A stretch of DNA of 63,819 bases, counting the filler, from Pelomyxa schiedti (Eukaryota > Protista > Evosea): assembly GCA_020536535.1 (NCBI GenBank). It is 7 parts of 7 records of this genome, joined end to end, with 100 filler letters (N's around TTAATTAATTAA, not from the genome) between each part and the next. Parts side by side here need not be neighbours in the genome. Positions count along the whole stretch, not along the records: positions 11,228 to 34,998 come from JAHLWZ010000372.1; 6 more parts are not named here. One strand, 5' to 3'. The position numbers and the translations under genes are program-made. The notes beneath the pieces were generated by a model. That model ran no database searches. It had not been told where the DNA came from and saw nothing but the letters and a program-made list of their open reading frames with translations. Shown in pieces: positions 11,401-23,167 of this stretch; the first letter of the stretch is position 1; every line of letters begins with the position of its first letter.

Positions 11401-13228
11401 TCATAGGCTCATAAGAGCCATGCGAGCACGCTGGACCATTTGAAGGCCAAGGATGCAGTCATCAGTGATGAACCCGTCGTGTCCGTGGACAATTCCGTGC
11501 ATAAAATCGGTCTCGGCATCAACTGTCCATGTGAATACTGGCATGAGGTGCCTGTGGGACAGTTTCACATCTGAAGAAAAAATTTCCGCGTTAGACACAT
11601 GTCACAAAACATTAAAAAAAAAAAACCCTACAATCGACTGTCGTTGTTGTGAAAGACTGACTGAATCCACCCACACCTGTCAAAAATTGGTCACTTAATG
11701 TCGAGGAAAAAGCACTAGCAGCCAATCTCAGGCTATAAACCTAGATCTATGAGTTGCTCAAAGTAGGCGTCGTCATAGACTGCCGGCTGTGACTGCAGAA
11801 GCTGTTTCGATGTGGATGGCAACACTTTGTCTATGGCAATGGCCTATTTTTTTTTGTAAGTCGAGGGCCGTAAGAGTCGGCTCAGATCTGACGTGATGGG
11901 AAGAAAGTTTACCTCGCTGAGAGTCCAGCACGACGCGATTACGTTTGCTTGCATTTCGTACTTGTTGACCAAGTCTGCAATCTCTTGTTCGATGCCTTCA
12001 ACTTTGAGATCCATGATGATAAATGTGTTGTAGTTCTGTGTTACGATCAACCATAAAAAAAAGGTATGGTCTCCAAACCACTCCAAACCAAACTCTACAC
12101 AATTCAAAAAGATAAAACGAGAAAAGTGGAAGATACTAAGAATGTACCCACCTGGGCAAGTTGGAGTGCCTCTTCGAACCGGGGTACGGGTGTGCCAGCG
12201 AATTCAGGTCCGAACCACGATCCAGCATCACATGAATCAATATCTTTTTACATGTTAGTCTGGGTACCTATCATTTGATTCAAAACTCTTAATAGAAGTA
12301 TTTATTAAGTTCTACTAGTACTTACAGCCATAGTAGGGATTTGCACTAATGGCGCCAGTGCAATTTGTTGTTCGGTCAAGTGTTGTGTCATGCATTAAAA
12401 TGACAACGCCGTCCTATGTTGAAGTAAGCACAGAAGGAAAGGCGCATGCCCAACTGATGTCAGTTGCAAATCGGTCTCAAATCCATCAGCCAAGTTGTCA
12501 AGAGCTGCCTGGAAAGAAACCATGGTATTCTCAGGATACATGCTGGGTAAGCCCCTGTGTCCTATCAGTCGTTAGGGAACTAATAATAGTCAGAAAGTGG
12601 CTGACGAACCAATTACGAGAGGTGCAGTTCTGTTAGTGTCTGGAGTAAGTAGACCTATGGCATGAAGACAATGCCCACTAAGAACTGAAACAAACGTCTT
12701 GCCATTCCACTCCCACTGGTCTGCAGGCTTCATATACTCGAAATAAGTTTCTCTCTCTCTTGGAGGGGGGAAAAAGTGCATACACTATTGGAGGAACAAG
12801 TTTCCACATCGGCGTTGGCATAGCTTCCAGTGCAATGTTGCTGAACGTGTAAGCACTTATTATCAAGTGCTGTTGTAAGTTGTTTCTAAGAAGTTATTAG
12901 GCACAACGATAAACCAAAACGAGTAAAAGACAAGAAAATTACAGTATTTGAGTTGTAGGTCCACTTTTGATTGGACTTTCCAGTCCCGCACTCATAGAGT
13001 TGAGCATTAGCGCCCTCGAATGTCTTATAACTCTCCACATCGAGGCACATCCCATTGGATATCAGAGTAAAGTCTATCGACCAAGAAGGTTAAACAAAAA
13101 CGAGTGAGTCAGGTGAGACTGAATAAAGACATACGCCCATCAACAGCATTCAGGGACCACTGTTGTTGAGTGTCATCAGAGACACAAGGCTTAACAGCCA
13201 CGTTGCCGCCGTAAGGGGTACCCCAAAC
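11401..13228 (-). CDS. Ricin-B-lectin + glycerophosphodiester phosphodiesterase, copy B (5'-partial)
   Basis: Same exons as 23168-25017. Confidence 0.8.
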
Positions 13229-13328
13229 NNNNNNNNNNNNNNNNNNNNNNNNNNNNNNNNNNNNNNNNNNNNNNNNNNNNNNNNNNNNNNNNNNNNNNNN
13301 NNNNNNNNNNNNNNNNNNNNNNNNNNNN

Positions 13329-16300
13329 TTTTTTTGGGTGGTTTGGGGGGCAGAGGGGAATCTTACCTCGGCCCATCGGAGTGGGTCGTCGGTGTAGCCG
13401 GTGTCTGTTGCTAGTTGTAGGGATTCCACATCCAGGGGGTAGGCAACTTCCGAGTCGACCAACATGGTGCAGCCGCTGAAGTTGGTGGCTATAGTGGGCA
13501 GCCTGGTTGGGGTTGGGGTTGGGGGTGTTAGGTTAATCGGGGTTTCTGGGAATGCCGCACCCCATTGCCATTGCCTCCATTATGGGTAGGCCCCACCCTT
13601 CTCCTCGCGTGGGCAAGACAAATGCATCAGCAGCTTTATACAAGCTGGGCATGTCTGACTCCTGATGGTATGTGTTTCAAATCAGTGGGGAAAAAAAAAA
13701 AAAGAATTCCAAACAGACAACCAACCTGTAGCTCATTGGTCATTACAATTACTGGCGGCAGCGTTTCTTTGGCCACTAATAATCCCTCTTCCAAAAGAAA
13801 TTCATCAATTTTTTCCCAGACTGCTTGGGGAGATCTCGATTGCGATGACTGGCAGTGGAAAAGAATTAGTTCTGAAATTACTTGCATACTGAACATACCC
13901 CGTATAAGTAGGTGTGTAGGTAGAGCACAACGTTATCTTCTTTGGAAAATGTGGAGTAGTAAGCCCTTAGAAGAACGTCCCAGCCTTTTCTCCATTCAAA
14001 CTTGAATACTGAAAGGAATCTGAAGGGAGGATCTAACTGGGTCAGGAAATTGAATGACCAAAGGCTCAGGGCTACCCTCAAATTTTCTGGGAACAAGTGG
14101 TAGTTGTAAGGGAAGCGTGCTGTCTGGGTCGTACAAATAAATATCCAGGGGTTCAGGGATTACAAAAATTTTTGAGGAGGCTATCTGTTGAATTTGTTGG
14201 GTTCTTTGTACAACAAGATAGGCCATACTCCAGAGTTGGAGAACACTTCTTTGTGCCAGAACGAGGGGACCCAAAGTTCGTCAACTAGATCACTATTTTG
14301 AACCCACAGCTTAGGTATTGGGGTATATTCTGACATGCACCTTCCTGGAATATTGTTAGTATGTAAAAATTTTTTTCCATTTGCACACCAATAACAAAGC
14401 TAGGTCTTATTGGTATATCTATAGAACCGCGATAAGGAAACCTATTGAAGGTTACTTGAGATTCAATTAGACTGCACTACCTTGGGAAGCTCTTTGGAGG
14501 TTTGTGGCTTACAAAAACCAAGGTTTTATTGGATTGGTACTTAACGCGCGCACTAATTCTTTTCAAGGCCTCTTCGTAGTAATCAGGAAATCCCTTGCAG
14601 AAGCAATCTTGGGAAGAGATTAAACAGTATCGTTTACTTTACATAAAGGAACCTGCAAACCTTTGCCCGCAATAGCACTGACTGTGAGATATGGTTCCAG
14701 GGGAACAAGGAAATTGATTGCTTCAATGTTCAATCCCGTACAACTACAATAGAGGTCTGTGCATTTGGACACTTTCAGATTTCCTTTATGATTTAAGGAA
14801 GAAACCCCATATTAGTGCCACATCTGGAAGCAGCTGTGAGGCGCTAATCATCTTATGCAATTTTGGACTCCATCTTTGCATAACATCATGCTCTTCTTGC
14901 TTTACAAGGAACAGTGAGATGGGAAATTAATGGGAATTTTGTTTTGGACAAAACTAACCTCTGCTTGACCTCGAAGTGGATGATCTGTCATCTTTTTAGC
15001 TGTGAGTGTGTTGTACCAGAAGTCAGGATGTTTAATCCAGATACCAGGAACCTGATGGAAAATTAGGGTATCTCAGAACCAAAGTTCCCTACATTCCAGT
15101 CTCCAACAGGATTTCTGGTGAACATTTTGTAGGGACTGAGTACTATCTCGTAGTTGTGGTCCCTGATCGCCATGCTGAACTCCAAATCAGAGGTTATTGG
15201 AAAGCCCTTACAAAGGGCTGGAAAGCCGTGAATCTTGTATCGAAGGTTTGTGTATGAAAAAACAACCTTGGATGAATTACCTCTTTTAAAGCTTTCATGG
15301 AGACCAAAGCACCATATTTAGATACTCCAACAACATTATTCTCATAAAGATTGCGGCCCAACCTGAACAAAATTAACAAAAGCCACCTACTGAGAAACAA
15401 CTTGGCGCCAGTATACTTCCAATACACTTGAGGATTTCCGTAAGAATCAACACTTGCTCCTGGTAGGTAATTTGTGAATGCAGTACCACATTTTTGAGAG
15501 TAACCTATTCCTGCATTGTGGATGATTTCACTTGAAGTACCCACCAAAGTCCCTATCACCCCAACATCTGGGTGCTCATAGATTGTGGAGTTTATGTATT
15601 CAAACCACCGTGGGCTTAAAATACCTCCCTCCAAAGTGAGGTTACAGGAATATACACATAATCGGCAGAGTAGTTACCTGGTGTGTAGCTGGGAGCATAA
15701 ATTCATGCAACGGGGGTAAATACAGCACGAATCGCCCTGACACCAATGAGCCAAAAAAAAAAAGTACAAGGAAATACCTTCAGCCAAAGAAGTTGCACGG
15801 TTAACCAAGATATCATATGAGGAATCGTCACAAACAACCTTGGATTTGACATCCAAACCATCCCAACGACGGTGTTCTTGAAAATACACGCAGCCAGTGT
15901 ACACAACTTCAATGGACTTGTGTATTTTCATTGCAGCACTACATTTAGTGTTTAAAAAACCGTAGGGAAGGTAAAGCTTAGGTCCTCCAACCTTGAAATC
16001 CATGCAAGCACTTCACTTAGCATCATAGTGGAATTAGTAGTAGAGGGAACAGGAACAACAACAACAATGTTACTCTTGACCTACCACGAATTACAACTAG
16101 AAAAAGAGAAAGTGGGAGGGGAAAAAAGGGCTCCAAACTCACTGCTCGTGCCACTGATGGCTGCCTCGCCTCCATCGCCCTGGAGTGATCCAACAAAACC
16201 TATCACCCAGAAATAAGTTACAGGTCACAAAATTATAAATGCCTAACTCACTTTCCAAGGGGAGGCAGGAGGGGGAAAAAACAAACAAACAAACAAACAA

Positions 16301-16564
16301 ACAAACAAACAAACAAACAAACAAACAAACAAACAAACAAACAAACAAACAAACAAACAAACAAACAAACAAACAAACAAACAAAAAAAAAAAAGCAAAC
16401 AAACTAACCAGCCATATTGGGGGTGTCAACAGCATGACCAGCAACGCACACAGCACAATGGGCATTAGCGCCGACGCCCTCCGGAACCGGTATCCCGTCA
16501 CCACCCCACGATGTCCCCCCGATCTCCCCCTCTGCTGTCGTTGGTACCCCTCGCTCTCATGCAT
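13329..16564 (-). CDS. Type II membrane glycosyltransferase with a degenerate GT2-like domain and a GT4 (GT-B) domain; 3'-truncated by a gap
   Basis: N-terminal TM (LMPIVLCALLVMLL). GT2-like WFEYI...HPDVGVIG...IHNAGI. GT4 motifs FKFEWRKGWDVLLRAY and ADAFVLPTRGEGWGLPIMEAMAMG|LPTIATNFSG. Confidence 0.85.
16279..16382. repeat. (AAAC)26 microsatellite in intron 1 of the glycosyltransferase
   Basis: Perfect tetranucleotide array. Confidence 0.97.
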
Positions 16565-16666
16565 TCCCTCCCACGTGTGTTACAAGTTCGTCGTCGTTTG
16601 GCGACTCGGCTCAACCTCGAAAAGAACAGCTGGGGAAAAGAAAAAAAAAGAAGCACGCGCGCTAAA

Positions 16667-18780
16667 ATGTGTCGCCTGTGCCGTGGCTTGGCCAGCGTCA
16701 GTCCGAGACCCAGCAGCAGACTGCGGTCCCTCAGGCTGCCGGACTCGGCCGAGCTCGCTGCCATAGTCGCAGCCTCCTCGGAGGAGGCGGCTGCGGCCAC
16801 TGTCCCCCCTGCGCTTCTTGACCACGCCACCACGTTGCTCGTGCGGGAAATGCACCACCGCACCATGCTCTGCCTCCCCCCAGAGCCTGCTGCCCTCACA
16901 GGCGCCGAGGAGGGGGGGGACGAGGAGCCAGGCGAAGGAGCTTCGGCCGAGGACGCAGGGGCGGCACTAGGAGGGGGAGAGGGAGGAGTGCAGGGGGCAA
17001 TGGACGCGAGCAGGCAGGAGGGGATGATGAGGGGGGCTGCGGGGCTGCGGTGGAACGACCCGGGGGTGTGGGTCGCGTATGGGGAATGGTGCGGGAGGGT
17101 CGGGAGGCTCGCCGAGGGTATCTCATTGTGTAAAAGAGCGGTGCGTGTTCCTTTGTTTATTTGGCATCGCTACTTAATTAATGTTCAGGGCTCCTTGTTA
17201 TTGTTGTTGTTGTTATATTTCTTTTTGTTCTAACTTTTTTTTTTTCTTTGTTCCCCTCTCTCCTCCTATTTGTTTTGTGGTACTAGTAGTGATGGTTTCT
17301 CTTGCCTCTTATTAAGAGTTCTTGAGTAGGTTTATTTGGATAGTTCTAATCTCGAATCGTACTTGGCACTTCAGAGTAATTTTATATCGAACCTTGCAAA
17401 CCGCTGTTATATCAATGGCCCCAACATTCACAGATTTGTACACCTTGCAGAATGATTTACGGAAAGCAAAACAAGTCCTTGAAACGGCTGTGGTGCTTGC
17501 TGCAATGACAACAACAACTAGAAGTGGGTTAAGGGATGAAATTTCAAGCTTAGAGGACGCTATTTCCAGTACTCTGCGTCGTTTCCTATAGCGACTCTCA
17601 CCACTTTTGACTTCCAGAGGGCGATTTTCCAGCACAACCAAGTCCAAGTACTTCCTACAAGTTCAGCCCTAGCATTGTCCAACGTAACTTCCCTTCATTT
17701 GCCTTTCCTTGACACATGACCTCTTTCTAGAAATAGCATTCTCTCTGGACCCATTTTCCATCGCCGATATGAGACTAGTTTGTCGAGGTACACTTTCTTT
17801 TTCCCTTGTATTCAGTCAACTGAAATTTTGCTCCAGATTGGTGTAGCACTCTATCTTCCTGTGATTTTAGGAGGCAGTATTTGTTGAACCAGGGTACCCA
17901 CACTTTAATTTCGTCCACGAATTGGGAAGAGGAGTATCTTCAATGGAGAATTGCCTATTGCCATTGGCATATGTTTCATCACTTTGAGGAAGTCACACAT
18001 CTTCTATCTCTGCAGATGCCACTCCCGAATTTTTGTGAAACCCCCTGTAGCTCGGATGGTAAGTGTTTAACCGCAAATAGTTTATTTTTGATTATTAAGG
18101 TTTGTATCAATTTGAGTTGACGTACTCTGTTCATCTCCCAACGAGCCTGCAATATCACTATATTCTTCAAAATGGTTTTTCATTGGTGATGCCAAGTTCA
18201 AATATGGATAGCGGATTGACCTGTGAGCTATTTCCTATGACAAAGTTTTACATATACAAAACGGGTAAAGTAAGTATTTTTCTTTAGGCATACTTTTTAA
18301 CACCAACCCAGCTTTTTTTCGAAATTCCGGTACCAGGGAACAAAGTTATAAATGGAGCACATAAATTTGTGATTGGACAAGTCTCCAAAGTGGAAGACAC
18401 TAAAAAGCTAGTACTCAATTTGGACCAAACTGAAGACACCTATGGGCAAGTACTGTGTGTTCAGGTATTTTGAAAATTTCCATTATACACTTAAAGAAAT
18501 TAAGGGAAATTCAATATCGGCTGCATACACAGACTTTTATGAGCTGATGGATCACATGTGTGAGTTTTACTATCTCATGTTCATAGATTTTGTGGAGAAA
18601 GTATCCCGCGGGTTTTTTCCCCAATATGGCACCCTTCAATGCGTAACAACACTTTTTTCCCCTCACAGCAAAAAGTACACGGGTTTAGACATACCACCAA
18701 GAACCTACCCCAGTAACTCAAACCCACGAAAACCCGTGAAATTCTATGGGAACTACCGCTTCCAAAAGCACTGTTGACGC
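16667..18780 (+). CDS. Multi-exon protein with a TPR-like helix pair and an F-box-like motif; 3' end approximate
   Basis: WNDPGVWVAYGEWCGRVGRLAEGISLCKRA (TPR-like). Spliced FSPSIVQ|QIAFSLDPFSIADMRLVCR|DW (F-box-like). Confidence 0.5.
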
Positions 18781-18884
18781 TATTAGACTCACTCTGTTTC
18801 TGTTGGCAATCCAGAAAAGAAACAAACGAAAAACAATGGAACTCATTCTTTTTTTTATTATTTCTTTTTTTTATTTTTACAACT

Positions 18885-21800
18885 TTAGTACTTTGATGCG
18901 TTGAGTGCTGCGGACTTTACAATTGAAGTGATTGTTTTGGGCTTAGTGTCACTGACACCTTCAAATAGTCTCTGTAGTACCGCAGTAAGGTCTTCTGGTT
19001 GGTATTTGCGATATTTGTACTGGTGCTTCTTGGAAAATTGCTTGGTGGAATAACTGCAAAACGGGTACGCAAAGTTAGTTGAGCAGGCAGAAAATTTTCG
19101 AGAGATAGGAAAAGAGTGAAACCTCACCTGACGAAAAACATGTTGTAGCGTTGGTGAATGAGGTCTGTTACCATTCCCCGCAGTTCATCACGGAGTTCTT
19201 TGTCTGGAATAACAAACTTTTGTTGTGCATTTACAATACTTTCTACTTCCGAGTTGAATGTCTAGAGGTGATCAGTTAGAACGCAAGTTGTGTTGCACTC
19301 AAAACCTTGAATTTGCTTTTAACCAAGGAGTTGTTATCCACACTTGCGGTGTCCATGGATAATGCGTCACGTGCACGTTGCCAGCTAGTTAAGGTACGGT
19401 TATTGGGAAAAAAAAAGCCAAAGGAGATACCATCTAATGTACATTTCTTTATGCTGACGAAGCATTGCTTCACATCGGCTCACCACCTCTTTTTGAGCAG
19501 AATCGAGTAGTTCACACAGTGGGCTTGAATTGGCAGTCTATGTTTTCATACTGTTAGTTAACTACGACATTCAATTAACGACTAACTGTAAGAATGTAAT
19601 GGACATTGTTCAGCATAAATATTTGGTCGAGGGCATATTTGTCCTTCTTGGCTCTTGCCTGTAAACTCTCAAACAAGACATCCAGAACATTTACTTTAAA
19701 AATGGATATTATGAAAGTGGAGGAGAAAAACGTGACGACTCACAGATGTAACTGACATAAGGAATGCTGTGTCTTGTTTCACCTGGTAAGAGAAAGTTGA
19801 CAACTTCAGTATATTCGGCAAATTTCTTCAGATAATTCATTGTCTACAGAATGTTAGCCACAGCTGTGCAGATTAGGGGAACATTAGAGGTGGTTTCATG
19901 AACAGTCCCATCAGCAGGCATTCCTTGCTTTCCTTTGTCCTTTCCAATGTCTGTACGAAATGCCTCAAAGCACATAGTGGCTGTTTCTTTGTACTAAAAG
20001 ATATCAGTACGAAGGGAAAAATCAGTTGAGTTTACCTTTGTAGCCATGGTAAGAATGATAGTGAAGCACTCAGGACTTGAAGTTTCGAGATCTTTCTTAA
20101 ACTCTGGTAGGAGTTTCCTCAAGTTTTGAAATATGTCAACGAAGAGAAAAACTGCTAGGGGTTTATTGCTGATATTTTGTCCCTACTAATAGGTGAGGTA
20201 AAAACATTGATGTGTGTATCAACCTGAAGAATGTTCAATCCAGTTGTTTCAAAGAGTTTAACCGAGGGGGTGATGATTTGAGTTAAAAGTCCTTTGGACT
20301 CATGTTCAGGTAGATCTGGAAGCAGTTCACGAGAAATGTTGCGTTCGTACTTGAAGAGGTGCATAAGTGTAGTATTGAAGTAAAAATAACTTACTTGAAG
20401 CATATTTGTGATAACTTTAGCAAACACAATAAATGGATGTGACCCAGCAACATAGTTACGGGATAGCCTGTTGGTGTTTGTTTAAAAAAATAAAAACAAA
20501 AAAGAAAAACGGACTTCTCAGTGTCATAAGTCACAATTTTCTCAATATTTAACTTCTCCAGAGATTGTTGTAGGAATAATTTTCTGTGAATCTCATAATC
20601 TTCCTTGAATTTTGTTTTCTTCCCCCATTCAACAAGTTTACTGGTGAGTGTATTGCTTTCATCAATCATTTGAGGAGGAGGGCCTTGGAACCAATTATGC
20701 AATTTCATTGGTACTTAGTGTTACCTTCTACTTGCCAAGTCTCCAAGAACTTCATAGGGTCAATTGGGGCACTGATCCTTTTGATAAGTGAGGTGTACAA
20801 TTTCTCTAGGTTGGTTGCGGCTGTTCCCTTGAGTGTATTCTGAAGGTTTCATTAAGTTAACCAACACATTCGCGATCCAGGGAAACATGCAATTGTTTCT
20901 AAAGCAGTCTCAGCACTTCTAAAGGTGTTGACAGCCCTAAGGAATTTCTCTGCTTCATCAAGTTCATCAATGTCATGATAGTATTGTGCATGGTTGGTTG
21001 AGGGACTGCACGTTTTTAAGAAAGTGTGAGTGAAAAAAGTTATTACCCCTCGTTGATCTTTTCTTTCAGTTTGTCAGGAGTTGAAAGAACATCCAGAATC
21101 TTTTCAATAGATTCCATTGCCACTTCAATATCTATTGGATTCTTAATCAGCTACCAAGCTGCAGTTAAATGAGAAACTTGTATGTAGCCTTTTCAGTTTC
21201 TGGGTGTCTGTGTGCACCTCCTGTGTATTTTCCTCAAGCTTATGTAATCTATTGATGAATGTGTCAAAAAGTTTCCCCTTAAAGAGTCAGGTGCGCACAA
21301 GACATAATTTTCTATACCATTTGTACAGTCTTGTCTTGATAAGAATCAAGAGCATCTCGAGTTGACGTTATCAACTGATTATCATTTTCCACCATGGCTA
21401 GGAGGTCAGCTCTTTATTTTTCATTAGAATTAGGAAAGAAGAGCTGGGTAATGCACTTTGTCTTCTGGGATGCCGCAGTTGTAGTTCTGCCTGTTCTCTT
21501 GAATGTGGTTTGAAGTTCTATTACTTGACGGGCTTCTTCTAAAGTAAGTTCTGTAGTAGTTTTAGGAAAATAATCTTCAAAATAAAAGAAGGTGCACCAT
21601 CTTCTGGTTCAGCCGTTTTCTGCTCCACTCTAGTATCCACATGGTCCTAAAGAAAAGAAGTTAATACTTCAACATAAATAGTCTCACTTCAGTTACTAAA
21701 ATTACACTTAACATTACATAGCAAGATATCTAGGTTTTTGGGTTTTTTTTATTCTTTTTCTCTTTTTAAATAGCATCCACCGCGATGTTATCTGGTCACA

Positions 21801-22452
21801 GAGACACCACCACCACCACCACCACATAAAAGTCACATTCCCAAAACAATCAGAATGGCATGTGACACAAGTTAAATACCGGTTGGGGCTTGCCGTGGTC
21901 TCTGGACCCAGGCACCACCGACGTGAGCACGTCAAAGGCCGCCGCGCCGGTCGTGTTCACGACGCCCTTGATCGACGTCGCGGCGGTGGTCACCAGGCCC
22001 CCCGCCGCGCCCACGCCCTTGGCGAACACCGCGCCCACCATGCCCCCTCGCGGCTTCCCCGCCCCCGTCCCGATGCTCGTGGTGCTGGCGTCCAGGGGGT
22101 TCGAGGGGTCCGCCGCCGCCGGGGCCGCGAGGCCCGAGGCCCCTGCCGAGGAGGAGGTGGAGGTGGAGGTGGAGGACGAGGACGAGGTGGACGAGGTGGT
22201 GAGGGCGCTGAGGAGGTCGGGGTTGATGGACTCGGAGGAGGTGGGGGAGGAGAAGGCGTTGCCGTCGATGCTGCCGCGGCGCTTGCGGCCGGGCAGGCGC
22301 AGGACCTTCTCGGCGCGGGCGTAGGCGGCGGCTGCGGCCTGCGCTGTGTTGGCTCCCACGCGGCCGAGCATCGACGACTCGACATCCTCGTCGCTGTCGT
22401 ATTCGTCCTCAGAGTCGGACAACGCCCACAGTGAGGTGCCGCGGTCCATCAT
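18885..22452 (-). CDS. EXO70: Exocyst complex component Exo70 (EXOC7), many introns
   Basis: Motifs MPADGTVHETTSN|TMNYL, IFMLNNVHYIL and C-terminal KYRKYQPEDLTAVLQRLFEG. Confidence 0.88.
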
Positions 22453-22865
22453 CAATAGCTTTTACGGGAAATGCTGCAAAAAACGGTTTTTATTCTTTAT
22501 CTGAACCTGATTATTATTATCTTATGATTCCGGGTGTGTTCCCTTCTGGAAACACAGAGCTGTTCTTTTTCTCGTTGCTCGCCGACGGAGAGATTTTGGT
22601 TGGGGTGGGGCAGAAGAATATTGTGTGGGAGAAAGAAATCCGTCCTGTGGTTGATGTTGGTAAAATTCTGGTTCCAGCTTGTGATAGCAACTTGTGGCCG
22701 GGCCATCATTAATATCTCTTGTCTACACGCAGCACCAAATCGAAACTTCCCTTTTTCAAACCAGTTGTTTTGTGTTGGAATTTTAAAAAATGGAAGACGA
22801 GGAGTACAGCACCTTAACCCGGTCTTTTGTACCCACAATGCAGTTTGGCAAAAAATTCGTTTTAG

Positions 22866-22889
22866 TTTAACCCGGGAAATCGGGTTAAA
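22866..22889. promoter_or_regulatory. 9-bp inverted repeat TTTAACCCG-N6-CGGGTTAAA just upstream of the CUA tRNA
   Basis: Seen directly. A TTAACCCGG half-site recurs at 22814-22822. Confidence 0.35.
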
Positions 22890-22895
22890 ATTTCG

Positions 22896-23033
22896 CCTAC
22901 AGTAGCTCAGTGAACGCTAGTCCCAACCCAATCCAACCGACACCTCTTCGAGGCCACTGATTGAAACGGGATGTTCCGGTTAGAGCACCAGAGTCTAAAG
23001 CTGGAAACCTGGGTTCAAGTCCCAGCTGTAGGA
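22896..23033 (+). tRNA. tRNA with CUA (amber) anticodon, Tyr-like identity, and a 65-nt D-loop insertion (22912-22976)
   Basis: Acceptor CCTACAG/CTGTAGG plus A73; D stem GCTC/GAGC; anticodon arm CCAGA-GTCTAAA-GCTGG; T arm CTGGG-TTCAAGT-CCCAG; T5 terminator. Removing the insert gives a 73-nt cloverleaf. Confidence 0.8.
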
Positions 23034-23167
23034 TATTTTTGCATTGATTTTTTGTTGGTGTAGCCACGGCGTCCTGTATCTCTGAAAGAAGGGTAACGAA
23101 AAAAGATAACGTAGGGAAAAACCGTGGTGCTCATAATAAATTGTTTTGAAACAACCTGGCAATGCCC

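Larger units (their letters stand above)
11228..13228. repeat. 2-kb duplicate or second haplotype of 22976-24972
   Basis: Colinear and near-identical in exons, with indels mainly in introns and intergenic DNA; bounded by a linker and a gap. Confidence 0.9.

Noticed and set aside
16239-16766. ORFs with KQTN or FVCL repeats
   Set aside because: Translations of an intronic (AAAC)n microsatellite.
22896-23033. Interpretation as tRNA-Pyl, tRNA-Sec or tRNA-Arg(TCT)
   Set aside because: There are no Pyl or Sec structural hallmarks and no pyl genes in the window. Stem geometry centres CTA, not TCT, after U33.
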